Shown one piece after another: positions 26,998 through 38,370 of a DNA stretch of 64,000 bases. The stretch spans positions 38,408,393-38,472,392 of the forward strand of contig JARFYF010000012.1 in NCBI GenBank assembly GCA_030265395.1. The letters are read 5' to 3'. The first letter of the stretch is position 1. Every line of letters starts with the position of its first letter. The notes under the pieces are model-generated. The model was not told the DNA's origin and searched no databases. It saw nothing but the letters and a program-made list of their open reading frames with translations. This stretch comes from Rhina ancylostomus (taxonomy: Eukaryota). Position numbers and translations under genes: made by a program.

Positions 26998-27649
26998 TAC
27001 TCTGAGTGTGATCCCAAATTGCTAGGGACATTGAAAGCAATAATTAAACTTCCCAGGGGAACTAAGGAGCTTCAGAAATGCAGAGTTGCAGGAGTGGTAC
27101 AGTGAGAGGAACGGAGGTTATGCTATGGTGGGGAATGTTGATGCAGTGTATAGAAGAGGGGGCTATCAAGGGTGATGGGTCAGTAAGGGACTTGGCTGAT
27201 AGGATTCCCAGTCAGCGCTGCACTGGGAAGACCTGGTTGCCCCTCGAGTGCTCAGTGTTGGTTGCTCCCAGGTCAATTTGGCTTGCGTTCCCCCTGCAGT
27301 GCTTGCACCGAGATGCCCCATTGTGACTTGCACTCCGAAGTGTCTGGCTAAATTTATGAAGTGACATGAAACAACCTTTAGGATGGGAGGTTTAGGAAAA
27401 AAGGGATTTCTATCACATTGGGTTTCTTTTCAAGTAAAACATTAGTGCAATTGAATTTCTGGGCACACATACTTGCTGTCATTTAAGATGATAATTAATC
27501 CTCTTTGCTCCAGTTTCACACAACAAGAAAGGATCCTCACATCAATGTAACAACACAATATGTGATTTTAAATTTTGTAGGCTTGATTTACCTAAATAGT
27601 GATGATATATGTGACCTGACTGTAATTTAGAGTAGTATTACTAGATGTG

Positions 27650-27930
27650 ATGGCAGAAGGGTCAGGGAGGGATAACATAGAATTATGTGCTTGGCCAAAA
27701 AATCAAAACCGAGATGAGGGGAACCTTTTTTATGCATTAAATGGTTGGGCTCTGAAATGCACCGTCACAAGGAATATTGAAGGCAGATTCAGTTGTGGCA
27801 TTCAATAGGTAGCAAGGTTAGTAGCTGAATGAAAAGAATTTGCAGGTCCATGGGGAGTGGGACTAGCTGGACTGCTCTTAGTTAGATCCAGTATGGACTT
27901 AACAGGCTGAATGTCCTCCTTTCCTGTAAC
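27650..27930 (+). mobile_element. Decayed CR1 3' end
   Basis: gatgaggggaaccttttttatgca...ggctgaatgtcctcctttcctgtaac. Confidence 0.55.
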
Positions 27931-28644
27931 ATGAAGCAACGTGCAGAGTGTTGAATTTACCATGCATAAGCATGTCATAAATCTGCAGGTTGGGGAAACA
28001 TTCAGCACTGTGCATTTTGGTAGAAATCTTTCAAATCATTAAACTGCCTTAAAAAATAATGCTGGCAGGAATTTGGTTTAGAGGCTTAAGAATTACTCAT
28101 TGGAAGATCTTTATCAGTAAGTCTTTAACAAGCTGAGCACATTCAGGAGTTGCAAATTAAGGTGTACGGTAATTGCAAAAGTAACATTGGGAATTGTTGA
28201 ATGTTCTGCATTAAAACAAGAAATGTTTTAAGTAGGATTTGCACAGACAGTTTCATTGGCCGTTGTCAAGTATTATCCAGGCAATAATTTATTTCAGACA
28301 AGACCAAATATGCGAAGGAAAGCGTCCACTAATATTGAAGCAAATCTAAACTAATATAGAGACTCTAAACTTGTACTGGGTTGATTGATTTGGCCATTGA
28401 ATTCTGTCATTTGTTAGCACTTCAGTAATAAGGCTTTAGAAGAGCTGTAGGGGTCTTTTTTGAATACCAAAATCCAATACCATGAAGTTGGAAAATAAAC
28501 AACTTGCATTAATATAATGAATTTTACGCCCTTTGGATATTCCAAAGTACTCCAAAGACAATGAATGACCTCTGGGGTGAATTCACCATTGTACAGTAGG
28601 AAACACAGCAGTCAACCGTATTGTGGCAAAAGCAAGGACCTATG

Positions 28645-28780
28645 TGCTCTGATGCAGGGTCTCAACCCAAAACGTCGACCATTCCTTTTGCCTCCACAGA
28701 TGCTGCTTGACCCGCTGAATTCTTCCAGCAGTTTATTTTTTTACTCCAGATTCCACTGTTTGCAGCTGTTTGTGTCATCT
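28645..28780 (+). mobile_element. Penelope terminal fragment with hammerhead-like motif, nested in a minus-strand DeuSINE-like element (~28500-28930)
   Basis: ctgatgcagggtctcaacccaaaacgtcgac...cagatgctgcttgacccgctgaattcttccagcag. The flanks cacagcagtcaacc...agcaaggacctat | ataaacagcagtgtaataatgatcag rejoin as SINE sequence. Confidence 0.75.
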
Positions 28781-29064
28781 ATAAACAGCAGTGTAATAAT
28801 GATCAGCTAATTTATTTTTAGTGATGTTGATTTACAGATGAATACTGGGCAGGACATCAGGTTTAGTCCTCTGCTCTTTGCATAGTGCCAAAGGATCCTT
28901 TATGCTCATCCTTGAGGGCAGGTGGAGGACAAGGTACGTACCACATAAAGCACTGGTGTACAAGATATGACTCATGGCATTAGGGAAGTGTGTTCGCGCG
29001 GATTGTAGAATGATTATCACTTAGTCAAAATAAATGGGTCCGTTACAGGCTGGTAGGATGCCAT

Positions 29065-29412
29065 AGCATCATGGAGATATACTGCATGGAAAATGGCCCT
29101 TGAGCCCAACTCATCCATGCCGACCAAATTACCTACCTGAGCTAGTCCTATTTGCCTCCATTTGGTCCATGTTCTGCTAAACCTTTTTTCTATCCATGTA
29201 CCTGTCCAAATGTTTTTTAAACATTGTAATTGTACTTCGACCAATTCCTCTGGCAGCTTGTTACATGTACCCATCACCATCTGTGTGGAAAAAGTTGCCC
29301 TTTAGGTCCCTTTTAAATCTTTCTCCTCTCACCTTAAATCTGTGCCCTCTAGTTTTAGACTCCTCTACACTGGGAAGAAGACTGTGACTATCCACCTTAT
29401 CTATACCCCTGT
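29065..29412 (-). mobile_element. CR1 3' end (second subfamily)
   Basis: ggcccttgagcccaactcatccatgccgacc...ctgtgtggaaaaagttgccc...accttaaatctgtgccctctagtttt. Confidence 0.85.
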
Positions 29413-30650
29413 AACTAGTGGAGTTCCCCAAGGTTCTTGCCCCTCTATTTATGATTTAATAATGATCAGGAGGAGGGGGTAAGTTTGTCAATGGTACAAA
29501 AATAAATGGGACCGCCTGTTGTGATGAAGGTTTTAGGATGCAGGTTGAATGAGTGGGTAAAAACTTGGCAGGTGGAGTCTAATGGTGGGAAAGTGGGAGG
29601 TTGTGCATTTCAGTAAGAGGAGTTTTAAATGGAGAAAGATTGCAGATGAGTGAAGTACAGATGAATCTAATTGTTCTCATGCACGCATCACAAGAAGTTG
29701 GAATAAACTAGTCTTTTATTACAACAAATGTTTAGGAAGGCACATTGCTCATTGGCCTTTATTGTGGGTTGAAGTTTAGAAATGGGGAAGTCTTGTTACA
29801 ATTGTACAGGGTACTAGTGAGGCCGTACCTGGAGTACTGTGCATGGCTTTGGTCCCCTTATTTAAGAAGGATATACTGATGGTCCAAAAGAGATTCACTG
29901 GGCTAATTCCTGGGATGAGATGGTTGTCGTATCACAAGTGGCTAATGTACTTGGGTCCTATGTTCTTTGGAGCTTTCAAGACTGAGGGATAATCTTATTA
30001 AAACATACATGATTGTTAGAGGCATGACAGGGTAGGTGTCAAGATCTCTCCACTAGTGGGAGAATCTCAAACAAGGGGACATAGTTACAAGATTAATGGG
30101 GCGGTCATTTAAAACTGAGGTGTGTAGCAACTTCTTGCAGAGGATGGTAAATTTCTGAAATTCTCTGTCCTTGTGGAGGGTAAACCATTGGGGTGTAGCG
30201 ACTAGCTACACTGAATAAAGACACGGGACACTTGTTTGGAGTCCAAGAGTCGAATGAATGACTGGGGTNNNNNNNNNNNNNNNNNNNNNNNNNNNNNNNN
30301 NNNNNNNNNNNNNNNNNNNNNNNNNNNNNNNNNNNNNNNNNNNNNNNNNNNNNNNNNNNNNNNNNNNNTGGGCTCCACGAGCCCACAAAGGAGGAGTGCC
30401 CCGCGCCATCTTGTGTCGGGGCTTCCGACGACGCTCGCAATCGTGGGAGCCGGTTCGTGAAAGGTAAGTCGCCACAGGGGCTGTTTAAAGAGGTAGTAGA
30501 TACAGTTTTGAAAGATCAAGTATTTAAAGGTTATGAGGAACCAGCATGGAAGAGATGAGGCCCGGAACAGACCAGCCACCATCATAACAAATGACAGGGC
30601 AGGCTTGAGGGGCCGAGTGGCCTACTCCTGTTTTCTTGTGTTGTTATGGA
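29413..30650 (+). mobile_element. CR1 3' fragment, interrupted by an LTR insertion
   Basis: ctagtgaggccgtacctggagtactgtg (LVRPYLEYC), agagattcactgggctaattcctggg, and tail gaggggccgagtggcctactcctg. Confidence 0.85.
30194..30476. mobile_element. LTR-retroelement insertion (solo LTR, or element collapsed across the gap)
   Basis: TG...CA ends with inverted termini tgtagcgact / agtcgccaca, 4-bp gggg on both flanks, CpG-rich, and precisely splits CR1 sequence. Confidence 0.8.
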
Positions 30651-31489
30651 GTTTGGAATAATGACTTCTTGAAAGACTGAACTGCATTCTCTCAGTTGCA
30701 CTGAAGCGTTGACCTGGATTCAATAGTTAAACCTTTTGTAGGGCTTTGTCACACATTGCCTTGTAATTCAGAGATATGTGTACTACCATGTTGGCTCTTG
30801 TAATGTAAGAATAGTTCAGTCCAGTTAATAAAATTGGCTGAATCATTGGTTGAACTAACCAGCATTGCATGAATATTACCAAAAAAAAAAGCCATTAAAT
30901 TGTGCAACTCCAAGTAATTTTTGTAAAAAAAAATATTTGGACCACCAACATTGAGAAATGTGAATTAGTTTCTGAATGAGTTTAAAGTGGGTTTGAATGG
31001 GACCAAGGTGAACATTTAAAAGGAAACAAGTTATTTTGCACTCCTCTGAGGCATGGGTGCTACTTTTTGTGGAATGGTTAATTCAGTGAATTTCCTCAGA
31101 TCTGTTTTCTCACAGGAAGTACACTTTAACTTAAGAGTTTAATTAAAATTATGAAGCTGGCTGTTTCTTTATGCTAACGAAATAAAGTGCCTAGAAATTT
31201 GTCAGCGCCTTTAAAGACCCATTAGTTGGGAAGCTTGTGATGAGTCAACAGGGATGCTATTCATGGGCTTGCCACTGGGATGTTCAATGCCATATGAGGC
31301 ATGGAATCCACAGAAGACCCAGATGGAAATTTCAGATTTCATGCACCTTGCATAAAGTGCCCAACTTTCATTTAGGTTCTGTATACATTGGTGTTAGATC
31401 ATTGTAAAGCTCATAGATACAGAATTGTGCCACCTAATTTCAAAGCAGAGCTTTACCACCTGGAACGACCATGTAATGTAAAGGATCCT

Positions 31490-32090
31490 GAACTTAGTAA
31501 ACTGCAGCATAGAATACAAATTGAGGAAGTTGTGCCTAACCTAATAAATCGTAGGATAACTTAATCTGGGAGTTTTCTGTCTACTTCTGTACACCACATG
31601 GTATAATGTTATTAGGAATAATGTTACGGGTTTCAAGAAGGTACAAAGAACATTAATGGTATGGTAACAAGACTTGAGTACTTCAGTTATATGGAGAAAC
31701 TGGAAGAGCTGGAGTTGTATGAGAAGGTTAAGGGGCTATTTAATTGGGATATTCAGAACTATAAAAGATATTAGTAAAGTAAAAGGTAACTGGTAGAAGA
31801 GTCAGTAACCATTTGAAACATTTAGGATTATTGGTTAAAGAACTCACAGGAAAATGTCCAAAAACTTCATGAGAAGAACTGTTATGATCTAGAATGCACC
31901 CTCTGCAAGACTAGTGGAAGGAACTTCAACAATAACTTTTCTGAGGGGATTGGATAAATCCTTGGGGGCGGGGGGAGGCATTTGCAGGATTATGTAAAAG
32001 GAACAGAGAAATGATGGGAATCCTCTTTGAAATAGCTAGCACAGGAATGGTGGGCATAATGGCCTCCTACAGAGAAATGTTTCCATGATT
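31490..32090 (+). mobile_element. Old CR1 3' fragment
   Basis: gcatagaatacaaa...cttcagttatatggagaaactggaagagctggagttg...gggcataatggcctcct. Confidence 0.65.
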
Positions 32091-33339
32091 GAGCTTCAAT
32101 TCCCTGTACACACCAGAGAGAAACCAGCTGTCTCCTTAATGTTGGATGAAACTAAATAAAGTATCTTAAATTTGAAACATATTGTTCACAGTGATGATTT
32201 AAGAAAAAGGTTGCAGTGAGAAATAGTGGATTGCAATGCCGATTTTTATGCCTCAGAATATCTGGCATTATTGCTTTAATCATCGACATAATGAGACAGG
32301 ATGTCCGATCCCAAAAGGGAGATGGTTGCAAACTGAACTGTTTATACTATGTGTGTTTTGGTCTGTGAAAAGAATTATGGAAAGAATATAATAACTGAAG
32401 TAATGGGATCATGTTCCAGTGAAACTTAAATTGGATTTTCATTTGCAGTAATTAAGAGGTTGTTTTGTTCACATTCTGGCACCAGCACTTGAAACCTAAT
32501 AGTTGAAGAGTATATTTATGTCATGGTGCAAGATAATCCTTTGTTAAGTTTGCTGCACTACTCGATTTACATGCCTGATATTTAAACCTGGGGTTTTATG
32601 TTCATTAATATTCTAGGAGGATATAGTACATTAGCCCAATAAATTACTTATGATTTAATTTTATAGTTTAATGCTGCCTTTTATAGACAAAGATTTAAAG
32701 GACACTGTAAACTCTGACTTCCAAATAAAACAAAGAATTAACCTGCAAGTTTATTTTAATTACTGAAACTTTTATCCTACTAAGAAATGGTGGCGTCAGC
32801 TGTTTGCACAACAAAGCAGTAACACCTTTGTTTCAAAACCTGCGGTGGCCCTTTGGACTTTGAAATTGTCCATGTCCATTTTAGACTGCAGCTTCCAACA
32901 CTTAACGAAGGAAGTTGTTTGTGTTTGGCAACGTGCTTTTATAGCCATTAGCATGTCAGTCTTCAGCAGATAATGAACCTGCAGAGTTAATTGCAAGGCG
33001 ACGATTTTAATAAAATGATCAAAAGCTGTGGTGAGCTTCAATTCCCAATAAGCATAGGAGGGAGAAGTGGAATCTTAGAGGACACAACTCTCTCTGGTAA
33101 TTTATTACCTAAATGCTATTAAGTTATCTTTATCCTGCTTTCTAATAATTCATCTGCTTGTGTCCAGTTTGTGCAGAATTGTTATTGTGTTATGGTTTTA
33201 TGTACTTGAAAACTATCGGCAAACTGATCTATCTTTGTAGTCATTTTTAAGTGTATGGGAAATTTTGTTCGTTGTGTTTGCTTGTAGACATCAATATATC
33301 TGACTATTTACAGCAGAACCAGGATCTCTAAAATATTGA

Positions 33340-33808
33340 AAGTCCCATAAATATCAAATTACACAAAACCATGAGCCAGCACATCATCCCTGTGCCGCAT
33401 TCTTTGACATGAGTAACTGGGCTCTGAGTTGTAAGCGGGTGCAGTGCCTTTCAATTGAGTTGGCAATTGGAGCCAGGAAAGCAACTCCAGTAATTGAAAT
33501 CATTCTTACTATGAAAGAGGTGGGACGAGATGACAACAAATGGGCTGTGAAGAGCTGGAGCTCGTATGTAAGGTTTTTTTAAATTCTGCTTGGCGGTTCA
33601 TTTTTTTTAGTTTCGTCAGTGATCTGTTGTTATTTGAGTAATCGTCCTCTTGAGCCCAAGTAAAAGCTGTTGTGGGCACAAGACAGGAAGCACGATTATT
33701 GGCAAGTGGTTCAACTTACCGTGCATCGGAGTGGCAGGGATGATGCATATCGCCACATGCTGCAGTGCTAATGTCAGAGGCTGATAGAACCNNNNNNNNN
33801 CAACTGAA
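33340..33808 (+). promoter_or_regulatory. Putative internal promoter / 5' UTR of the short ARID5B isoform
   Basis: Apparently repeat-free, with somewhat more CpG than the flanks, directly upstream of the ATGG|gt site. AP-1-like TGAGTAA at 33410-33416. Boundaries uncertain. Confidence 0.4.
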
Positions 33809-33812
33809 ATGG
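33809..33812 (+). CDS. ARID5B: Candidate coding end (ATG G) of an alternative first exon for a short ARID5B isoform
   Basis: gaaATGG|gtaaca: good Kozak context (purine at -3, G at +4) directly followed by a phase-1 donor. Splicing to 36601 gives ATG GCA CTA AAT CTC = MALNL. Confidence 0.65.
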
Positions 33813-36600
33813 GTAACAGTTCTTGTTTTCACTTTCTATGTTTATTCTGTGAATCCTTTTGTACTTTGTGATTGCTTGTGTTTATCAAGTCAGTAGGGCA
33901 ATAAATGTTTTTGGTTAGTGTACCCTGTGGCTCAATGTCGGTGTAATGTTTAGTAAAGGTCCAAATGTCTCCCACAGTAGTATTAAATTAACTAAATTAA
34001 AAAATAGCTGCCGCACACATAGCTCTTGATGCAGTAAAGTGATCAGGAGTTCATGGTACTATTCTAGGGTGTGTGTGGCCATAGTAAGGAGGTTTAGGTT
34101 CACTTTTATTGCAATCTATACAGGATGCCATCATATTTTAATAATGGTAAAATTATTCCATCCCAAGCCATTTTTGGACATATTCAGCTGAGCTGCAGTT
34201 TGTATGATATTTCTGAATCAGCTCAAATTGGATCACTTCCTCAGTCAGTGCTATTTAAAGGTCACCTTCACATTTGTTAAGTATGCTTCAGTAACTTGTA
34301 ATGTACAATGGAGAGCCTTTACTTAATTAACAGAGTAACATTTCTGAAAGATTACACCACAAAACTAAATAGACCAAAACTAAATAGTATGTCACTTTCA
34401 TGTTTTGGCTACAAACACAAATATCAAAAATAAACACTGTAAGACATTTGCATTGAAGGTAAATAATTCAAAGTACCAAATAAGGATAATAAGCGTTACA
34501 CATTTACCGTGTGCATAGTAGACTATATTTATTCTCAATGGATTTACAAATGCAAGCCTGCTTTGAAAATTGTAACATACAGCAGCAAGATTGGATTATG
34601 TTTCTTTGCCATATTTTCAGTGACTCCTTGGCTTTACAGCTATTTTGCTGAGTCCCATTACTCATTACAGTTTATGTTTGAACCCTGTCATTAAAACAGT
34701 CATCAGCTACTGAACAAATATACAGTAATTAAATAGGAATTGTGGCTTATTTCATGCAGCGTTTGATGTCCTGGCTGCCTTTTATAGTACGATATGAAAG
34801 AAAATATGAACTTCTGAGTTGTCAAACAATGTGCTTAATGATTACTAATCTCTCTGATCTTTTGCAACTGTTTTGCTTAAGTGCTTGAAACCAATCTCAA
34901 ATAGTCATGTTCCAGGCCGTTCTTATTTAGTTCCGGAATATTCCCACACAAGATTGCAAAAGGTGTTTGAATTCCTTTCCTTAAATGTGGCATTGGTGTA
35001 ACTGACATGAGTTGCATACCCTAGGGCATTGCTTGTATGGTATGAGCATGTCATTGTCAATGCTATCAATAGACAAGTACAGAGTGAGATTTATGGTAGG
35101 TTGGACCCTTCTAGGCAATAATGCACTAAATATTAAAACATGGCAGAGGGGTATTTGCTAGTATCAAGCAATGAAACTCCAGGCATGGCCTAGTATGGAA
35201 GGAGCACTGTACATTCAACCTGATTTATAACAAGCATTTCACCTTTTACTATGGGTGCACAGGAGGTTAAAACAACAACCTTACAAACATAAATTTGATC
35301 ACCACCGTTCTAGCTACAGTTCAAATACATTTTTGCAAGAGAGTCACCTCTGGATTATTTATGGATCTTTTACTGCTTTGGAAAAGCAGAAACGTATCCA
35401 TTGCAGGATTGGTAAATTGAAGACTACCACGTAAATGCCCCCGTAGGAAGTGACTGGAATCTAGCAAGGTTCACTTGGATTTGCTGCAATGAAATCCAGC
35501 TGCAGCAAAACAGTAACACTTCCACCCCTGTGCATCTGCTCTTCAGCTGCCTGTTATACATCTCTTCCAATTTCCATTTCACTGGAATTCAATAGGTGGT
35601 TGAGTCTATCTGTTGTACGCAATTACTCAAAATGAAAATTTAGCACGCAAGATCTCCATCGTTTTAGGTGATCTAAGCACATTGATGCTGAGTCAAGGAA
35701 GAAATAGCTTTGTCTGCAAGAAGCACGGTGTAAAGGTTTGGTTTGGAGCCCACTCTCTGTTACTGGGCAATGTTACCAAGTCTACCTGTACAACAGTGGA
35801 AGGCCAGATTTGCTATAACATTGACATCGTGATTAAGGACCTGCCATTATCAACACATAGGTGTCCGACTATGAATCTTCTTCGATGAGTTTACGGGCCA
35901 CTGCAGTTTGAACTCTGGTCAAAGGGGAGCCAAGGACACCAGTGGGTGGTGACTGAAGAATGAGAAATGGTAGTTCCTTGCCATAGGAAACCAAATGCTG
36001 ACAGTCTTGAAGATGATGCTACAGTGATTGAGGATTACAGTTTACAACTGAGTGACAAGGCTGCTGTTCTGTCAAAGCACGAGTTGCTGTTATGAGCAAA
36101 GTGTTTTTTTTAAATGCCATGTGACTTTCAAAAATTAAAAGCAAAATGTCATCAATGTGATAACTTTCTCTTTTGCAATTTCAGCTGAAGAAAATGTGCT
36201 TTGTTCAATATTTTGTAGAGCAAGTTATTTATAGCAGCAAAGTCGTACAGCTGCACAGAATGCACGTGCTTGTTAATGGAGATGCATTCGTTGCAATTTG
36301 CACTTGTCTCTCTCTGGAACCTGCAGTTTCTGTGCAAAATGCAGGGTTACACTGGGAATGGCTATTAAATCCACACCTGTATTTTCAGTAGGGAAAGCCA
36401 TGGTGTGCTAATCATCATGCCTTGTGTGTAAGTGGCTTAATTAAGGAAATGCAACTGTCTTAATGCTGGGTTGATTTGACCAGTGTAAACATACAGTGAT
36501 GTCAGTGTAGATTCATAAACATGATAAATTTATCTTGTAATTGGTTTTTCTTGCTGTTTTTTTGGCTTCTGAAAATCATTCGCCTCTTTATCGATTTCAG

Positions 36601-36719
36601 CACTAAATCTCAAAGGCCGACCTCGGAAGAAGAAGACCTGCTCCCAGAAGCGGGATGCACAAGCTCTCAATGGCTTGAGGGATTCCAATGAGGATTCAGA
36701 TGGGAAGAGCAATCCCAAG
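36601..36719 (+). CDS. ARID5B: ARID5B internal coding exon (equivalent to human exon 5); donor site hidden by N gap
   Basis: Polypyrimidine tract plus tttcag acceptor ending at 36600. Phase-1 translation (A)LNLKGRPRKKKTCSQKRDAQALNGLRDSNEDSDGKSNPK resembles recalled ARID5B APNLKGRPRKKKPCPQRRDS...DGKAVAK. Ends on a codon boundary just before the gap, compatible with the phase-0 next exon. Confidence 0.92.
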
Positions 36720-37149
36720 NNNNNNNNNNNNNNNNNNNNNNNNNNNNNNNNNNNTTAGTTCATAGCTTTTCCCCTCTTTGTTCCGGTAATCGGCAGCAAG
36801 GTGAAAGATTGTGGGCCCAGGCCCCACTTCAGAGACCGTTGCACAAAATCTAGGTTCGTGGTAGTATCAGCTGACTACCTAACTTGCCCCTTCTTCTACA
36901 AAGGTTTTCACTCCGTGTATTCTGTAACTTAATCCAGGCTGGTGTCCCACCCATAAACTTCAGAATCATCCTGAGCACCACCTCATTCCTGTAATGTCTC
37001 GACCCAGTTATTCATCGTTCCAATGTTTGCTAACATACCATGGCTCCTATTTAAGCAATATCTGACTTTAAAAGTCTCACTGAACCTTTCCATCTTCTCT
37101 TCCCGTCTCACATCTCTGTAATCTACTTCACCCCTACTACCAAGACTCA

Positions 37150-37490
37150 TGGAGAGATATGTAGCACCAAAATAGATCCTTTGGCCCACCGAGTCCTTGA
37201 AACCAGCAAGCACCCATTTACGTTAATCCCATTTTATTCTCCACCCTTTTTCCAACCCCCCCCCCACATTCACATCAACTCCCCCAGATTTTATCCCACA
37301 CCTACATGCTAGAGGCAACCCACAGTGACCAATCAACTCACCAACCTGCACACCCTTGGGACATGGGAGGAAACCAGTGCACCTGGGGACCACACGGCCA
37401 CAGGTATTACTTGAAGACTCCACACAGGCAGCACTGGAGGCCAGGGTTGGTGGCATTGCAGAGTAGTGGCCCCTCCCAGCTAGCTGTTCC
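37150..37490 (-). mobile_element. V-SINE/HE1-like SINE, apparently inserted into an L2-like fragment (~36880-37680)
   Basis: caacctgcacacccttgggacatgggaggaaaccagtgcacc...actccacacaggcagcactggagg. Confidence 0.75.
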
Positions 37491-37685
37491 ATTCACCCAT
37501 CTGCACTGAAGCAAATTACTTGGCTGTCCTCAATATCTGGGCTCCCCTAATACTGGTCACATGATTGTACCTAGATTATTGCTTGTGCCTTTTCCCAGCA
37601 AGGTCTTAATCTCTGGAGTTCCCTCAATGAGTTTGTTGCTTTCCTGTTTGAAGAGGCACCTCGACATCTGCTGCCTTAATATGCT

Positions 37686-37900
37686 TTGAGCAAAAAACAA
37701 AGTGCTGGAGGGAAATGGGCAGTTGACGTTTTAGGTCAAGACCCACCATTTGGACTGGTGCGCCCAATCCAGATGGTGGGTCTTGACCCGAAATATCAAC
37801 CGTCCATTTCCCTCTGCAGATGCTGCCTGACCTGCTGAGTTCCTCCAGCAGTTTTTTTTCTCCAGATTCCAGTATCTGCAACCTCTTGTGTCTCTGTCTT
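37686..37900. mobile_element. Fold-back (head-to-head) pair of Penelope termini
   Basis: Inverted arms of about 50 bp at 37708-37758 and 37764-37814; both are homologous to 25540-25590. Confidence 0.85.
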
Positions 37901-38165
37901 AATATTCCTTTATGTAGCTCATTGTCAAGTTTTATTTGATCACATTTTGTTAAAGGCACTGTATAAAAAAACACTTGTTCTTTGATTGGAAAGTGCTTTG
38001 GAAAATCTTGAAGCTGTAAATAAATGAAAGCGTTTTGAACTATCAGAAGTGCTTTACATAGCAATATTAAGAAATAATAACCTACGGGTTCCATGCAAAC
38101 TTTGAATCCGAGTATGATGCGTCAATCACTACTGTTACAAATTCTGTGTGTATTTTCCATCTCAG

Positions 38166-38370
38166 TCGAAATGTGAGCCCAAAACCACGATGGCAAAACC
38201 CAAGAATAACAACAGCAACTGCAAAAATATTGCAGCTGATGAAAAATCAAAGGTTGCAGCGGGCGATGAATGCAGAGCAGAGGAACAGGCTTTCCTCGTC
38301 ACTCTTTACAAGTATATGAAAGAAAGAAGTACTCCAATAGAAAGGATACCCTATCTTGGATTTAAACAAA
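38166..38370 (+). CDS. ARID5B: ARID5B coding exon, start of ARID domain
   Basis: ctcag acceptor and gtaagt donor; 205 bp. Encodes SKCEPKTTMAKPKNNNSNCK...DECRAEEQAFLVTLYKYMKERSTPIERIPYLGFKQ(I), the ARID5-type ARID N-terminus. Confidence 0.97.

Noticed and set aside
1-33300. Upstream ARID5B exons (BAH-like region)
   Set aside because: I could not find recalled upstream motifs (e.g. VIVLSYPQYCRYRSM); they probably lie before the window or in a gap.
37624-38094. 156-aa minus-strand ORF
   Set aside because: Runs through the Penelope fold-back repeat; no protein identity.
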